From positions 82,462,001 through 82,526,000 of the forward strand of contig CM052816.1 of the NCBI GenBank assembly GCA_028534125.1: a stretch of 64,000 bases of DNA, in the 5' to 3' direction. The notes beneath the pieces were generated by a model. It was not told the DNA's origin. It saw only the letters and a list, made by a program, of their open reading frames with translations, and searched no databases. Positions 23,025 through 36,150 of this stretch are shown piece by piece. Positions within the stretch are counted from its first letter, which is position 1; each line of letters begins with the position of its first letter. Position numbers and translations under genes: made by a program. The stretch is from Lama glama (lineage: Eukaryota).

Positions 23025-23644
23025 ACACGCTATGCATCAGAGAGGGAAAAAATCATTCCTCTTCTTATTGTCTCCTGTTGATGTCCTCATAAGGAAATGG
23101 CAGTTTGAGGTTAACATAGTGGCTTTTTCTAGGTAAGCACATAATTAATACTTGTAAAATTCCATTCTAGCACGAAGAAACCGGGACATTTTTGTGATGT
23201 GGATAAAACACTTGGGTGAGATTCAAGGGCGCTAATTTTAGTTCTGTCGCTTGCTAGCTGTAAGAACAAAGAACAAGCCAACCAACCAACCTGGCACTTT
23301 CCCCCCTTTTTATATGAAAGTGTTGCATCAGAGTAGCACTTCACTTACCAGCTTTAAGATATTTGCCATATTAGAGCAACGCCTGTACTGTGCTTCACTT
23401 TGTAGTTGTATAAAACCATTCGCAATTTAGAATCAATTTAGAGTGGATATATTGTATCACTATTAATAATTATAAATATGGGAAACTGGGAAAATAGCTT
23501 TGATAAAATTTGATAGTATTATTAGGCTCTGGCTATATTTCCTGCTTGAAGAAATTCTTGAGGCTAATTCTTTTTCTGTGTATATTTATAGGGAGATTAT
23601 CAAGTATCAGGCTATTGGTAAAGTCAGATCTGCACCAAAGTGTC

Positions 23645-24089
23645 TTTTTTTATTAAAAATATTTTAATTGAGGTATACTTGATAAACATTATAATCTCAG
23701 ATGTACAACAGTGATACACAATTTTTAAAGATTATTCTCCATTCATAGTTATAAAATATTGGCTATGTTCCCTGTGCTATACAATATATCTTTGTTATCT
23801 ATTTTATACATAGTTGTTTGTGCTTCCTAATCCGCTACTTCTGTCTTGCCCCTCCCCGCTTCCCTCTCCCCACTGGTAACTACTAGTTCATTCAATATAT
23901 CTGTGAGTTTGTTTCTGTTTTGCTATATTCTCTAGTTTGTTTTATTTTTTAGATTCCACATGTAAGTGATACAATACAGTATTTGTTTGTATCTGTCTGA
24001 CTTACTTCACGAAGCATAATAACTTCTAGGTCCATAATATGGTTGCAAATGCAGAATTTCATTCTTTTTTTATGGCTGAGTAACAATCC

Positions 24090-24131
<42 letters not shown>

Positions 24132-26220
24132 GAACATCTTCTTTATCCATCCATCTAGTGATGGACACTTACGTTTCTTCCATATCTTGGTAATTGTAAA
24201 TACTGCTGCTATGAACATTGATGTGCATTTATTATTAGTGTTTCCTTTTTCTTCAGATATTTATCCAGGAAGTGGAATTGCTGGGTCACACGGTAGTTTT
24301 ATTTTTAGTTTTTTGAGAAACCTCCATACTGTTTTCTATAATGGCTGTACCAATTTACATTCCCACCAGCAGTGCACAAGTGTTCCCTTTTCTCCACGTC
24401 CTCACCAACATTTGTTATTTGTGGTCTTTTTGATGATAATTTTTCTGATAGGTGTATGGTAATACTTTCATTGCAGTTTTGATTTGCATTTATCTGATGT
24501 TTAGTGATATTGAGTATCTTTTCTTGTCCCTGTTGGCCATCTGCATGTCTTCTTTGGAAAAATGTCTATTTAGGTCTTCTGCCCATCTTTTAATCAGGTT
24601 GTCTATTTTATTGATATTGAGTTGTATGAGCTGTTTATATATTTGGGTATTAACTTCTTATTGATCATATCATTTTCAAATGTTTTCTCCTATTCAGTAA
24701 GCTATCTTTTCATTTTATCAATGGTTTCCTTTGCTGTACAAAAGCTTGTAAATTTAATTAGGGCTCATTTGTTTATTTTTGTTTTAGTTTCTCTTGTCTT
24801 AGGAGACAGATCCAAAAAATATTGCTACAAATTATGTCAGGGTGTTCTGCTTATGTTCTCTCTAGGAATTTTATGATTTTAGCTCTTACATTTAGGACTT
24901 TAATCCATTTTGAGTTTATTTTTGTATATAGTGTGTGAAAATGTCCTAATCTCATTCTTTTACATGTAGCTGTCCAGTTTTCCCAGCACCACTTATGGAA
25001 GAGACTATCTTTTCTCCATTGTATATTCTTGCCTCCTTTGTCATAGATTAATAGACTGTAAGTGCATGGGCTGTCTCTTCTGTTTCATTGAGCCATGTGT
25101 CAGTTTTTGTGCCAGTACTATGCTGTTTTGATTACTGTAGCTTTGTAGTATAGTCTGAAGTCAGGGAGCCTGAAACCTTCAGGTTCGTTCTTTTTTCTCA
25201 AGATTGCTTTGGCAGTTTGAGGTCTTTTGTGGTACTGTATAAATTTTAGGATTATTTGTTCTAGTTCTGTGAAAAATGTTATGGGTATTTTGGTAGGCAT
25301 TGCATTAAACTTGTAGATTGCTATGAGTATTATGCACATTTTTAACAACACTAATTCTCCCAATCCATGAACATGGGATATCTTTCCATCTCTTTGCATC
25401 ATCATTAGTTTCATTTACCAATGTCTTTTGGGTTTCAGAGTATAGGTGTTTCACTTCCTTGATTCGGTTTATACCTAGGCATTGTATTCTTTTTGATGCA
25501 GTTGTTAATGGAATTGTTCTTTTCTCTTTCTGATAGTTCATTTTTAGTGTATAGAAAGGAAACAGGTTTTTTTTATATTAAATCTTATATCCTGCAACTT
25601 TACTAGATTCATTTATTAGTTCTAGTATTTTTTTGGCTGCCATGGCAGCCCTCACCCCTGTGTGAAGCTGCACTGTGAAATGAATGGGGCCACAGTGGGC
25701 AGTCAGCTCAGGCTGGGGTGCATGTTGCGGTTGTCAAGGAAAACCAGCCAGCATCCTGTGCAGTTTCAATCCACCCTCTATGCTGTCTTTCAGGAGTAAG
25801 CAAGCATATGTGCACTCCTCACAAGTGGAGTCTAGGTTCCCTACAGCCCTTCTGTTAGGCCTGCCAGCCCTCCAGCCAGCCGAGGGGACTCATCTTCCTG
25901 GTGCTGGGCCCTAGGTCTGGGGCACCCAATATGATATGTGGCTCAAACTGATCACACCCCAAGAAGGATCTCTGCCTGTGTAATCCCCCTCTTCTTCTGA
26001 GTCCACCCCCCTGGGATGCAGGGCCCAACCTAATCACTTCTCTTCCCTCTTACCTAAATCCGTGCAGATCATTCTTATAGCCTTCATTGTACAAGAGTCT
26101 TTCTGCCGGTCTCCAATTAGCTTTCAGTAAGAGTTGTTCCACATATAGATGTATTTTTGATGTATTTGTAATGCAGGGTAGGTTCCACATACTCCTACTC
26201 CATCATCTTGATCTTCTCTC
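23645..26220 (-). mobile_element. Internally deleted L1 (5'UTR fused to ORF2 3' part plus 3'UTR)
   Basis: ORF2 relics ([35 protein letters not shown]) extend to ~25636, then a GC-richer 5'UTR ends in an L1 start motif (minus strand caagatgatggagtagga, 26193-26210). Confidence 0.88.
24092..24128. repeat. (TG)n microsatellite within L1
   Basis: About 18 perfect TG units. Confidence 0.97.
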
Positions 26221-26479
26221 CTAAGTGCTAATATTTTAAAAATAAATCCCTCAATTTTATCTTTTCTTAAATATATTTATAACTAGTAATTTCTAGTTAA
26301 ATTACTTATAATATTTGGCTGAATCTCTCTTTCTGTAATCAGCAGTCTCCTATAACTTTAATTTTGTTTTGAGAGTTGTTTTTTGTTTTGTTTTGCTTTT
26401 ATATCCTGGTCTTAAAAGAAACTAGGTAGTCCCATGTTTCCAGCATCCATCTCTAATAAAGGTTGCGTTTAGTCTCATA

Positions 26480-28430
26480 TCTCATTTTTCTTACACCTAT
26501 GAAGTAGAAGATGTGTCTTCTTAGCTCCCATGCCTTCTCTTTCTTGCAAAAATTCTTCACCACTGAGACTTCAGCCATCATTCTAATCCTTATTCACTAC
26601 TTTCATCTCCAAACATTCTAGAAATTCTCATTATTCCTTGAAGACTTTAACCTCTGGATCACATTACTACTTTAGCCCAACAGCTATGATCATTTTTGTT
26701 GGCTTCTACATCCCTGTGTATCACTAGTGTAAATCTTGGCCTCCAAATTCATGACTGCTTTCTCTCTTATATCCATTTTCAAAATTTAATTTTAGCCACC
26801 CATCTCCGAATGTGACCTCCAAAATCTCTAACGCAAACATCACACTCAACCACAATCTTCTCTCTGCCATAGTCCTTGCTCAATATCTTACTACAGTAAT
26901 TTCTTAATAGCATCTTGATCTCAAATCCAGTGATCCCACAGGTTTCTCATTATTGTAGTCTTATCTCATTCTTTCTTCTTCTTTGGCTTATGTTTCAAAT
27001 TGTAATCACTCATTTTCCATTATCTTTCCACTATTCATATTTTTATTCCCATTCTTGAGTCCATAGTCAATCATTCTTTTACTGTCTTGAAGCATATCTT
27101 AAAAATCTTATCTCTTTCTTAGTCTTTCTTTAAAGTACCAACCATGGGCAAACTCGATAATTTATCTTCTCAGTGCCTGCACTCAAGCACCTGAATGAAA
27201 GTAGGGAGATATTACTTCACAGGAACATCACCCTTCACTTGTAGTTAATCATTCCAAACATTCGACTTGGTTGATCACTTCCTCACCTTGAAACACTTCT
27301 TGATTTTAAGATACTTTATTTTCTATCTAAACTCTACACATAGAATATGTCATCTAGTTCTCAAAATGTCAGTACTATCTATGTTACAAAAAAAGGAAAA
27401 GGTTCAATTATATGTCTCTGGCCCAAATTCCTCTTCTAAGTTTAAGCACATCTTATTGACATTTTCACATGTATCTCATAGGCATGTCAAGCTTACCATG
27501 GTCAAAAGCTCTTTTTTTCTTCTTTCAGTTTTATTGACATATAATTGACATACAGCACTGTATCAGTTTAAGGTGTACAGCATGATGACTTAAATTACAT
27601 AGATTTGTAAGCCAACTCTCTCAAACTGAATACTTCCTAAATATTTCTCATTTTGCCAAATGGCACCATTATTCTCTCATTTGTTCAATCCTTGTTTCTT
27701 TTTCCTTCCTTATCTCCAAATGCCAGGCCTGTTGATTTTACTTATAATATATACCTTGAATGGTATCTTCTCAGCTCTCATCTGCTCATTTAAGACTGTT
27801 GCAGCCTCTGAGTTGCATTCTTCCTTTTATTGTTCCTCTCCAACTAGACCAATATTTTTATAGCATAATCTGATCATGACACTTTCTTTTATTCAAAAGC
27901 ATCTCTGATTGCACTTCGTCCTACAATATGGAAACTGATGTTTCCCTGACAATTTCGAACATGCTCACCTCTTTCTGTTCCCTCCTTTCAATTGCACTGG
28001 CTTCACTTCTGTGCTACAAACACGCCAAGTTCTACATAGCTTCAGTGCTTTTGCAAAAACAGTTCTTCCTACAGGGCCTTTGTAGGAACCCTCATTTAGG
28101 ACCTTTGCATACACAATCTACCTTTCTCTTTTCAAAATTATCTCTTTTTCATCCATCATATCCTGACTGAATATCTCCTCCTACGACTGTTCTTCCTATC
28201 ATATCTTAGAAGTACAGCTCCCACTTCCAACCCAATATTTCCTTTTTATCATGAAAACCTACTCATTTCTTTTTAGCAGTTACACAAGTTATAAAGATAT
28301 GTGTTTTTGCCATTGTATTGAAAAATATCTGTGGAAGGCAAGCTCATGTATTTTACCAACAACAGCATACTGGTTCTTAAACATAATGATTGACAGTTAA
28401 TATTTGTTAATTAAAATATATTTGAATCAT
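26480..28430 (+). mobile_element. Long degraded L2
   Basis: Pyrimidine-rich L2-like sequence (ttgatcacttcctcaccttgaaacactt; tctgatcatgacact) ending near taatatttgttaattaaaatatatttgaat. Confidence 0.6.
27510..27605 (-). mobile_element. L1 3'-terminal fragment nested in L2
   Basis: cagttttattgacatataattgacatacagcactgtatcagtttaaggtgtacagcatgatgact. Confidence 0.75.
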
Positions 28431-30989
28431 TAAATGAGGACATGTATTTTCATAGAAAAGACATAATTGGTTAATTGCATGTAAGCAGGAAGACTCAGCT
28501 GTCTTTTACTGGGCTTCATAGATTTAATATAGCCCACCACACTTTACTTAGTGTCATTTACTTAAAATTTTAGGTATTCTGTGTAGAATAAATTAATCCT
28601 CCTAGTACTGGCTTGGAATTTTTTAACTGAAAAAAGAAACTGAAAGCAAAGATGGTTGATACAGATTCCCTCATCTATTGTAACACTGCTTGTTCTTTAA
28701 TGTCAAATGTGTATTTCCTCTATGCTTTGAAAACTTTTTGACCATCTCTATCTTCACCCACCTTTCCTTCTCTCAACTCTTAGAACCTTTATTCTCAGTA
28801 ACATTATTCAGGGCTTATATTTTGTTTTGAATTGCTGCTAATATTTTGATACATTTATGTCTTGATTCTAGAAGCAGAGTGTACTTATTTTCAAATCCCA
28901 CAATTACTTTAGCACCCAATAATTACTGACTGTCTAATAGTCAGAAAATTGCATCATCCATCACTTTATTTATGCTATTTATAAATGCCATTTGGGATCA
29001 TAGTTATCAAGTCAGTGATAAGTAATTTCACACACATGTAAATTCACATAATCAAGATAAGGATATGACTCAGGATAAGGGGATTATGGGGCCATATCCT
29101 TTACCAGCCTCCAGATGCTACCTTACCTCATTAGTCATCTCTGTTTACAGCTTAGCTTCACAATGAAAAATGGATTTCACACACCATATTTATCAGTTGG
29201 TTATTGTTTTGGGGTAGTTGTGGTTTGAAAGGTTCAGTGGTAATATTTTGCAGGTAATAATCCTGGCACAAATTCTGGTCCATGGAAGGTATTCAACTAA
29301 TCTGGTTTCAGTAAATCAACATTTACTACCTTGTGACTGAGGTAAGATGCATACTGGCATCACTGCAGCCACCGATACAGTCGCCAGTGGCAGTAACAGC
29401 AGCAGCAAAAACCCAACAGTAGATATCATTTGAAATCACTTGCACTGTTCCTGTCTTTTCTAGTCTGTCAGAGAATCACATCAGAGAAAACAGTGCGCAT
29501 ATTTCTTTGTCTTTTGATCACAACCTCAATAATATTTGCCCGAGTCTCTCTGTTAATAGTGACATGCCTTCACTTTGCTTCACCTGTGAAGAAGCTGTCT
29601 GAGAACTGATGGATCTGGACGAGAGGGTAGCCAATTAGGTAATGGCCTCCAGCAAGAGCAGACTCTGTAGAAGTGTCGCCTTTGAACTGTGCAGAGTTGA
29701 ACTAAAGGGCACAGCTGTTACATAAATCAGAGAGGCAAGAACAAGGTTACACCTGTAGGTTGACTCAACAGCTATATTTTCTCTGCTCAAACAGTAGAGT
29801 AGTATGATGATAGCTAATACAATACTCAGATTAATTAAGTAATCTCGACTTCAATTATTTAGATAACTCCAGAGAGTGGGGAATTATATCCAAAGTTAAA
29901 GCATTCATTTCAGAAATGGAGACATTGCCTTAAAGGGTTTCTATCAGAAAATAACTCATGGGAAGTCTGTTACTAAGCGACTTAAGACTTTGATGGCAAA
30001 GAGCATTATCAGCAGGATCAGTAGCTATAAATTTAAGGCCAGAGATCTAATATCAACTTTATTAAGTAGATACAAAGAACGTGTCACAAATAAGTTTGAA
30101 GACATCTTTCTATACGAAATTTTTTTCTAACCACTTGTTTCAATCTGAACTTGGCTCTGACTTGGTAAAAGGAACTGACTGGTCAAAGGAACAGAAGAAA
30201 GTTAGTGCCCTACTGGTCCTAATATATTATCATTAAATTTTTTGGCCGTAAAATGGATCATCCATGCTTTCTAATTTATACAAAGGCTGTGTGCTAAAAC
30301 TAGAGATGCGCTATGGACTAAACCTCCTGCTGTTCCCAAGCGTGTGTACAGTTATCAGCAGGCATTTCAGAATCTAATTATTTTTCTTTCACTGATGTGC
30401 TTCTTTTGTCTTCAGAATAGCTAAAAATTAAAGTAATTGCTATAGTGCTATAATTTTAATGAGAAACAATAAAACATAAAAAGTCAAGTTTTTATTATGC
30501 AATTGTATTTCTTTCTTAGCATTTAAAAACAGTGGAATTGACTTGCTGCTGATCCTCAGGGTCCAGGAAAATTTTTTTAAAGGTAACAATTACTTGGAAG
30601 TTAGCTGTACCACAATTTTATCATTTTAACCTTTCTCTGCAGATATAAACTGAGCCCTTAGAAACCTAATTCAATCATCCAAAATATACAGAAGTTCAAA
30701 GTATGACATAAATTGTGTTTTTCATCAGTCCTATTAATTTTTAAATTTAAGATGCCCACCTTTGTTATGCTCATTTGTTTAGAAAGTAAATGATGTGTTT
30801 AAATTGTCACAGTACCATGAAGTTTCATATACTTGGCATGTGAACTCTTACTCAGGACGATTCAATATTGAATCTTAAAGGTATCAGTTTATACTAAGGA
30901 AATAAAGCAAAAGTATAAAATGAGCCCTTATTTGTGAATAAATTAATATAGATTACTTTTGGTGCATATTCGGTATGTGGAATCTTAAA

Positions 30990-31230
30990 TAATTATGATT
31001 TATGCATATATGGTGCTTTGCAGTTTACAAAGTACTTCCGTAAATATTTTTCCTATTTGACCTCCAGTAAGCCCTATGGGGACGGCTTAATAGGTGTTTT
31101 TATTACCTAAAAAGATACTGAGTCACAGAAATGTTACTTGATCACTTCACACAACTGATAGGTAGCAGAACCAGGATTTGATAGAACATAGACTCATTCT
31201 ATAAATGCTATCACATTCTATGAAATGCTA
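30990..31230 (-). mobile_element. MIR SINE
   Basis: ggtgctttgcagtttacaaagtactt...gatactgagtcacagaaa...ggtagcagaaccaggatttga. Confidence 0.7.
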
Positions 31231-31990
31231 TTTTCCCCTAACAGCCAACAGTATTGTCTATAAATACACTTAATTGATTGACTGTTTTAGAAAGGAATCT
31301 ATTCCATAAGATTACATAAAATTTTGCCAGATACCTTGGTAGATATTTCATGTGATAATTTGTGCAGTAACTTGTTTTTCACTAAACTGTACCCTCAAGA
31401 TTTATCTCTCTGCATTTAACTAGATGTATGTTTCAAAGATTGTGGCCTCTGGCTTCCATCAGGGATAAGTGACAGCTGTCTGTGCATTAAAGGAGCACTA
31501 AGGCTGTTTTCCATCAAGGGAGGAAGAGATCATTGCTTTTCACCCTCATCCTTTGTACTATTTAATTTTACAGCCAACCGAGTCAAGTTTTATTCTTTTA
31601 GCATGTGTTCTAGAATTTTAAAAGGAGAGAAGGCAGGAAAGTTCAGCACCTAAGTAGACAGCTTTGTCAAATGTTACTCCTACATTGCTTTACAAGGTTC
31701 CTTTTGTTCTATAGTAAATGGCAGTGTCTTTCACTGAAGGAGTAATTTATAAATATCTCCATTTGGTTTAGACCTCTGTGTTCCTTATAGAATTCTGAAG
31801 TTTGGTTCACAGTATATTTTTCAATTTTGAAAAATATGAGCAGGAGATTTTATTCTCTGATATTAACTCAGGGTGTCTCTGTTAAATAGATGTTAAGATG
31901 GTGGAAAACGGACATGTAAAAATCACTCTCCAGGTTCCTTCCCACTTTTGTTAAGTGGTGAGGTTAGAAGGAACATGATCTTCTGAGTTC

Positions 31991-32537
31991 TGACTGGGAA
32001 AAATAAAAAGAGCAGCCTCTGACATTCTGAAGCCCGCCTGACACTCACAGCTAGGTCATGTTATTCTCCAATTAGACATAAACAATCTCACAGAATACCA
32101 ACCTCAGACAGGGCTACTCTGAGATCATGATAAAAGGAGATAAAGCAAGGCCACTTCATACTTCTGTCTAAGCACAGACAGAAACAAGGCCACTGTGCCA
32201 CCCACAAAATATCAAACAGCCCCTTACTCATCCAAAAGGCATGACTGCTGCTCCTTTATCAATTACAGTTTTATCTTCACTCTTGTTTTCCCTCCTTGTC
32301 ACTAAGATTTATGGAGATACCCAATCATAGAAGTTCCCTTGCTTTCTGACAGCATGCAGTCTTCTGTGATTCCCTGCTCCTTGAGATCCTCCTCCTCCAA
32401 ATCACCTAATCAAAAGCAAAATCAAAGGATAGGTTCTTTCTAACCATCTGTTACATTCCCAGTGTGGTAAGTATTAAACCAAACCTGCCTCAATTAGAAG
32501 TGTGTTCCTGGTGATCTTTGGCTTCAAGACACTGACA
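31991..32537 (+). mobile_element. ERV1-class solo LTR (family uncertain), inserted in a MIR
   Basis: TG...CA termini (tgactggg...ctgaca), attaaa near the 3' end, ERV1-LTR-like content; MIR-like sequence on both sides. Confidence 0.65.
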
Positions 32538-32720
32538 TAGTTTTCATCTTTGTCTCAGCTTCTTACTAGTTATTTGAAATTGAGCAAATTGTTTAAGCAC
32601 TCTTTATTTTTTCTTTATAAGGTGAAGATGTTTATAGTTACCATAAGATTGTTCTGGTGTTTGTTGAGATAAACAGTTTAAAGTACCCTAATAGTGCTGT
32701 AACACAGGAAGTATATTATT
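32538..32720 (+). mobile_element. MIR SINE (right part)
   Basis: cttactagttatttgaaattgagcaaattgtttaagc...tctttataaggtgaagat. Confidence 0.55.
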
Positions 32721-33229
32721 ATTTCTCTCATTTCATTGTATTTTACCTTATCTTTTTCCTTCTTTTTCTTATTTTCCCAGAATTACTTGATCTATGATTT
32801 GTAACTCTCATGATTTTTAAAATTTACAGAAGAAATCTTCCTTCCAAATATTTAATTGGGAATCAGAATTTTGACAATGACTGGGGAGGTTTACAGCCAC
32901 TGTCCTGACTTTGCTTTATTGTCACCATACTCTGAGAAAAAAAACTCTGCTGCCCCCAGAAATCATTTATTGACAACCCTGAGTTCCAGGGTGTGAACTG
33001 GGCTATATGGACACAAATGAATTAGACATCATCCTTCCATCAAATAATATATATCCATTTCCAATAACTTGCCAAGGGTCAGCCATGCTACTAGCTCTCA
33101 AATGTGTTTCTAATCCAACACATCTGGGGTTTATGACACAGTCCTGCGGTCAGCGCCATACTAAGCTTCTTGTTTGGTGAGATGGATTTCACTGACAAGT
33201 AGAATAATCAATCCGGGGGTAATCCAATT

Positions 33230-33485
33230 CAAATACAACCTCAAAATTCTTAAATAGAAAGCTGACAGATATAAAATGAGAAATTGAAAAAATCTTCACT
33301 TGCTGGAAATTCTAATAGAAACTATAAATTAAGTAGGCAAAATATTAAGAAGGTATGGGGAATTTGAACAACACAAGAAGCTATCTTCATCACATTTATG
33401 TGTGGCTGTATGTGTAGCTCCACCCAATAAACCAAGCAAAATCATAGTTTTTTGATACACGTAGAACATTTACAGAAATTGACCT
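33230..33485 (+). mobile_element. Ancient L1 ORF2 endonuclease-region fragment
   Basis: agtaggcaaaatattaagaagg...atttgaacaacac...ctccacccaataa...agaacatttacagaaattgacc. Confidence 0.6.
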
Positions 33486-35559
33486 CCTCCCATCCCGGAA
33501 AGGAAGTCATAAGAAATGTCAAGTAATTTGTAGTATGTGAAAAACCTTATCTGGCCAAAATTCAATGAAACTAAAAATAAGCAATAAATTTGGAGGCTTT
33601 CAAATTCTCTTTCCAAACCCATGGGATCTCTGGCTTTGTGTGGCCCTTTGGGACTCTGTGCCACTGCTATTTTAAGTCAGAGGTCAATGACTTTAGAACC
33701 CAGTACATGCTAATGCCTCATCCACTTGTTTTCTCATCCTTCCAGAACTTCCCTAACATCCACTGCATGAAAGATTTCTTTTTCAAAATACAAAATGCAA
33801 TTGAAAAAAAAGAAAAAAGATAAACACCAATAGAAAAGGCCGTAGACCAGTGCAAACAGGGATAAGCCTAGCTTTTGTCGACAGAAAGAGTTAGTTTTCT
33901 TGGGTCTGGTATGGCTAGAGGAGGTGTATTGTCTAGGAAGTAATAGGCATCCGGTTGAGCATGAAAAAAGCAACCAAACCAAGCAGCTTTGGGAAAACTT
34001 ACACAGGAGAGTTAAGACTGGAAGCAATGAGCAATGGGGAACAACTTTGTTTTCTAACATTATAAAGTTGGACTCCAAATTACAATTTGGCAACTGTATA
34101 GAAGACATTTCAAAGAGGAGAGAGCGAACTTGGAGAAAGATAAATGCTTGGTACCAAAAAATGTCAGAGAGTCAGGCAAGTGGGTTGTTAAATGATAGTA
34201 CGCACCAGCATCAGAAACCAGTGATCTGATTATTGCTTACAGAGCGGTGTTCTCAAGACACCCCTGATAAACATTTCTATCTGGGCTAACTGATTTAATG
34301 AGAGCAAGTTCACAGGCCAGTATGCAAAGGAAAGTGAAAAAAGAGAGGAGCTCAGTAGGAAAAAATGGGTTAGGGAGTCATTTTATAATTGATGAAGATT
34401 TGTGTACCACCATGCTTACTACCTCCACTCCTCACTCTGCAAACACACCCTGGAAAGTAGGGAAAAAATGATAATCCAGGAAGAGGAATCTGTTCTTTCA
34501 TTTAAAAAAAAACTGAGTGTCATGCTAAAGGGCATTTTGAATTTAATCCAATCCAGCCATAATCTTATATTTTAGAGGTTTCCATTTGGCATAAAGAGCC
34601 CCAGTGCTGATATCTAAGGAGGAAAGAAGGGAAATAATACTTTGGCAGCTTTTTTTCCCTCCTAGTTTTTTTCTTTGTTATACCTTTTCCCCTCACAATT
34701 TCTTCTTTGCCTTCATATTTGAGTAAGGGAAATTAGTATGACGATGAATGAAAAAATGCTATCATTCCTTTTTTGTTGTTGTTCTGATGTATCTTTAAAA
34801 GTGTAAGTATCTTGGAAAGGGTTACAAATGACTAATTTTTCTCAGATATTGAAGCAATGTGGATTTTAATTTAGTTTTTTTAACCATATATTGAAATAAA
34901 TTCCACTCAGATAATGATTTATTTAAGAGAAAATTCAAGACACTAGATATTTAGGAAATCATTTTATTTTCTTAATTAATTACACATTTATTTTATTATG
35001 TCATAGATACTTAAAATAAAAATATTACCCCCATTGATCCAATCAATTCAATCACATATAATAACACATAGTGACTGAAAGAAGTTTTGAGCTTCCTGTT
35101 TTAATTCAGTTTTCTCATCAGTAGTACAAACGAACATTTCGTAAAATTTTGCTGTAAAGTAAAATCATCTAAATAACTTTTCTTAACAATATGTTTCATA
35201 TAGTTTCTTTTTTCTTACTCTTTTTATCTTAATCCAAAATTTCACAGAAGCATAATTTAATGCACATTTAAAATAGAAAGATATTTCCATAACTATCATT
35301 GCTGCTAGCTACAAAACACCTCTGAGCACCTGCCTCAGAATAAGACTCCCACATCACAACTAGCTCAATAAAACTGGTTAAACATTTACTCAGGAAAGAC
35401 ATAAAAACCAATTCTGCCTTCAATTAAAAAAAAAAGACCAGCCTGAGGTATGCGGATGATCAACAGACTCAGCTGTCATTTAAAAAAAAAATGTTCAGAA
35501 GTTGAATTTTTCATTTAATTACCATTGGAACTTTGATAGTATTTTATAACTCTTAAGGC

Positions 35560-36025
35560 TGCATTAGGCAGGGTTCCAGCAGGAGACAGATGACTCAATC
35601 AATTGGGTGGCTGAGGAGAATTTAATAGAGAGATTACTTCCACGTCAGGGGCAGGGTTTAGGGATACCAGTGAGGCGCTCTGAAGTTCCCTGGGGCTCAC
35701 TACAGTTTGGAGTCATATTTGTCCCAGGGCTTGAAAGGACACTGAGAGGGAGTGCTTCCTGGAACACAGAGAAACGGAGAGGGTGACCTGACGGGAGCTA
35801 TGGTTTTTGGTTGTAACTGTCAGGGAGGAAGCAGGGAGAGTAGACACCCAAATTCACTCTCCCCCAGCCGTCTGGTGCCTCCCATTGACCCCAGTCATAA
35901 GGAAACCTCCGCACATGGGGCCCACTTGATATACTTCGCACTGGTTAACTTGACTTCCAAGGCACAGAGCTCAGTGGACAAGGACTGAAATTAGATCTGG
36001 GAGGAAAACAGAACACAGCCAGCCT
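35560..36025 (-). mobile_element. LTR33-like ERVL solo LTR
   Basis: tgcattaggcagggttccagcaggagacagatg...ggtgcctcccattgacc...caaggcacagagc...agatctgggaggaaaacagaacacagccagc. Confidence 0.75.
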
Positions 36026-36049
36026 ACGTGCTCAGGAGGATAATATAGG

Positions 36050-36150
36050 CATTCACTCAGGAAGTGTTTGTTGAACATCTATTATATACTATGTATTGTG
36101 CTAGGCATTGGATATAAAATATGAACAGAACATAATTCTCACAAGTGGAG
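36050..36150 (-). mobile_element. L2 3' end, antisense
   Basis: tgtttgttgaacatctattatatac...tgtgctaggcattggatataaaatatgaac. Confidence 0.65.

Noticed and set aside
25620..25660. Spliced-L1 (SpIRE) origin for the internally deleted L1s
   Set aside because: The junctions at ~25636 and ~57750 do not appear to fall at GT/AG boundaries of the recalled consensus; microhomology or the palindrome fits better, though this needs a formal alignment
33734..34229. Overlapping 124-aa and 109-aa ORFs
   Set aside because: No recognisable domain, no splice or promoter context; typical chance ORFs
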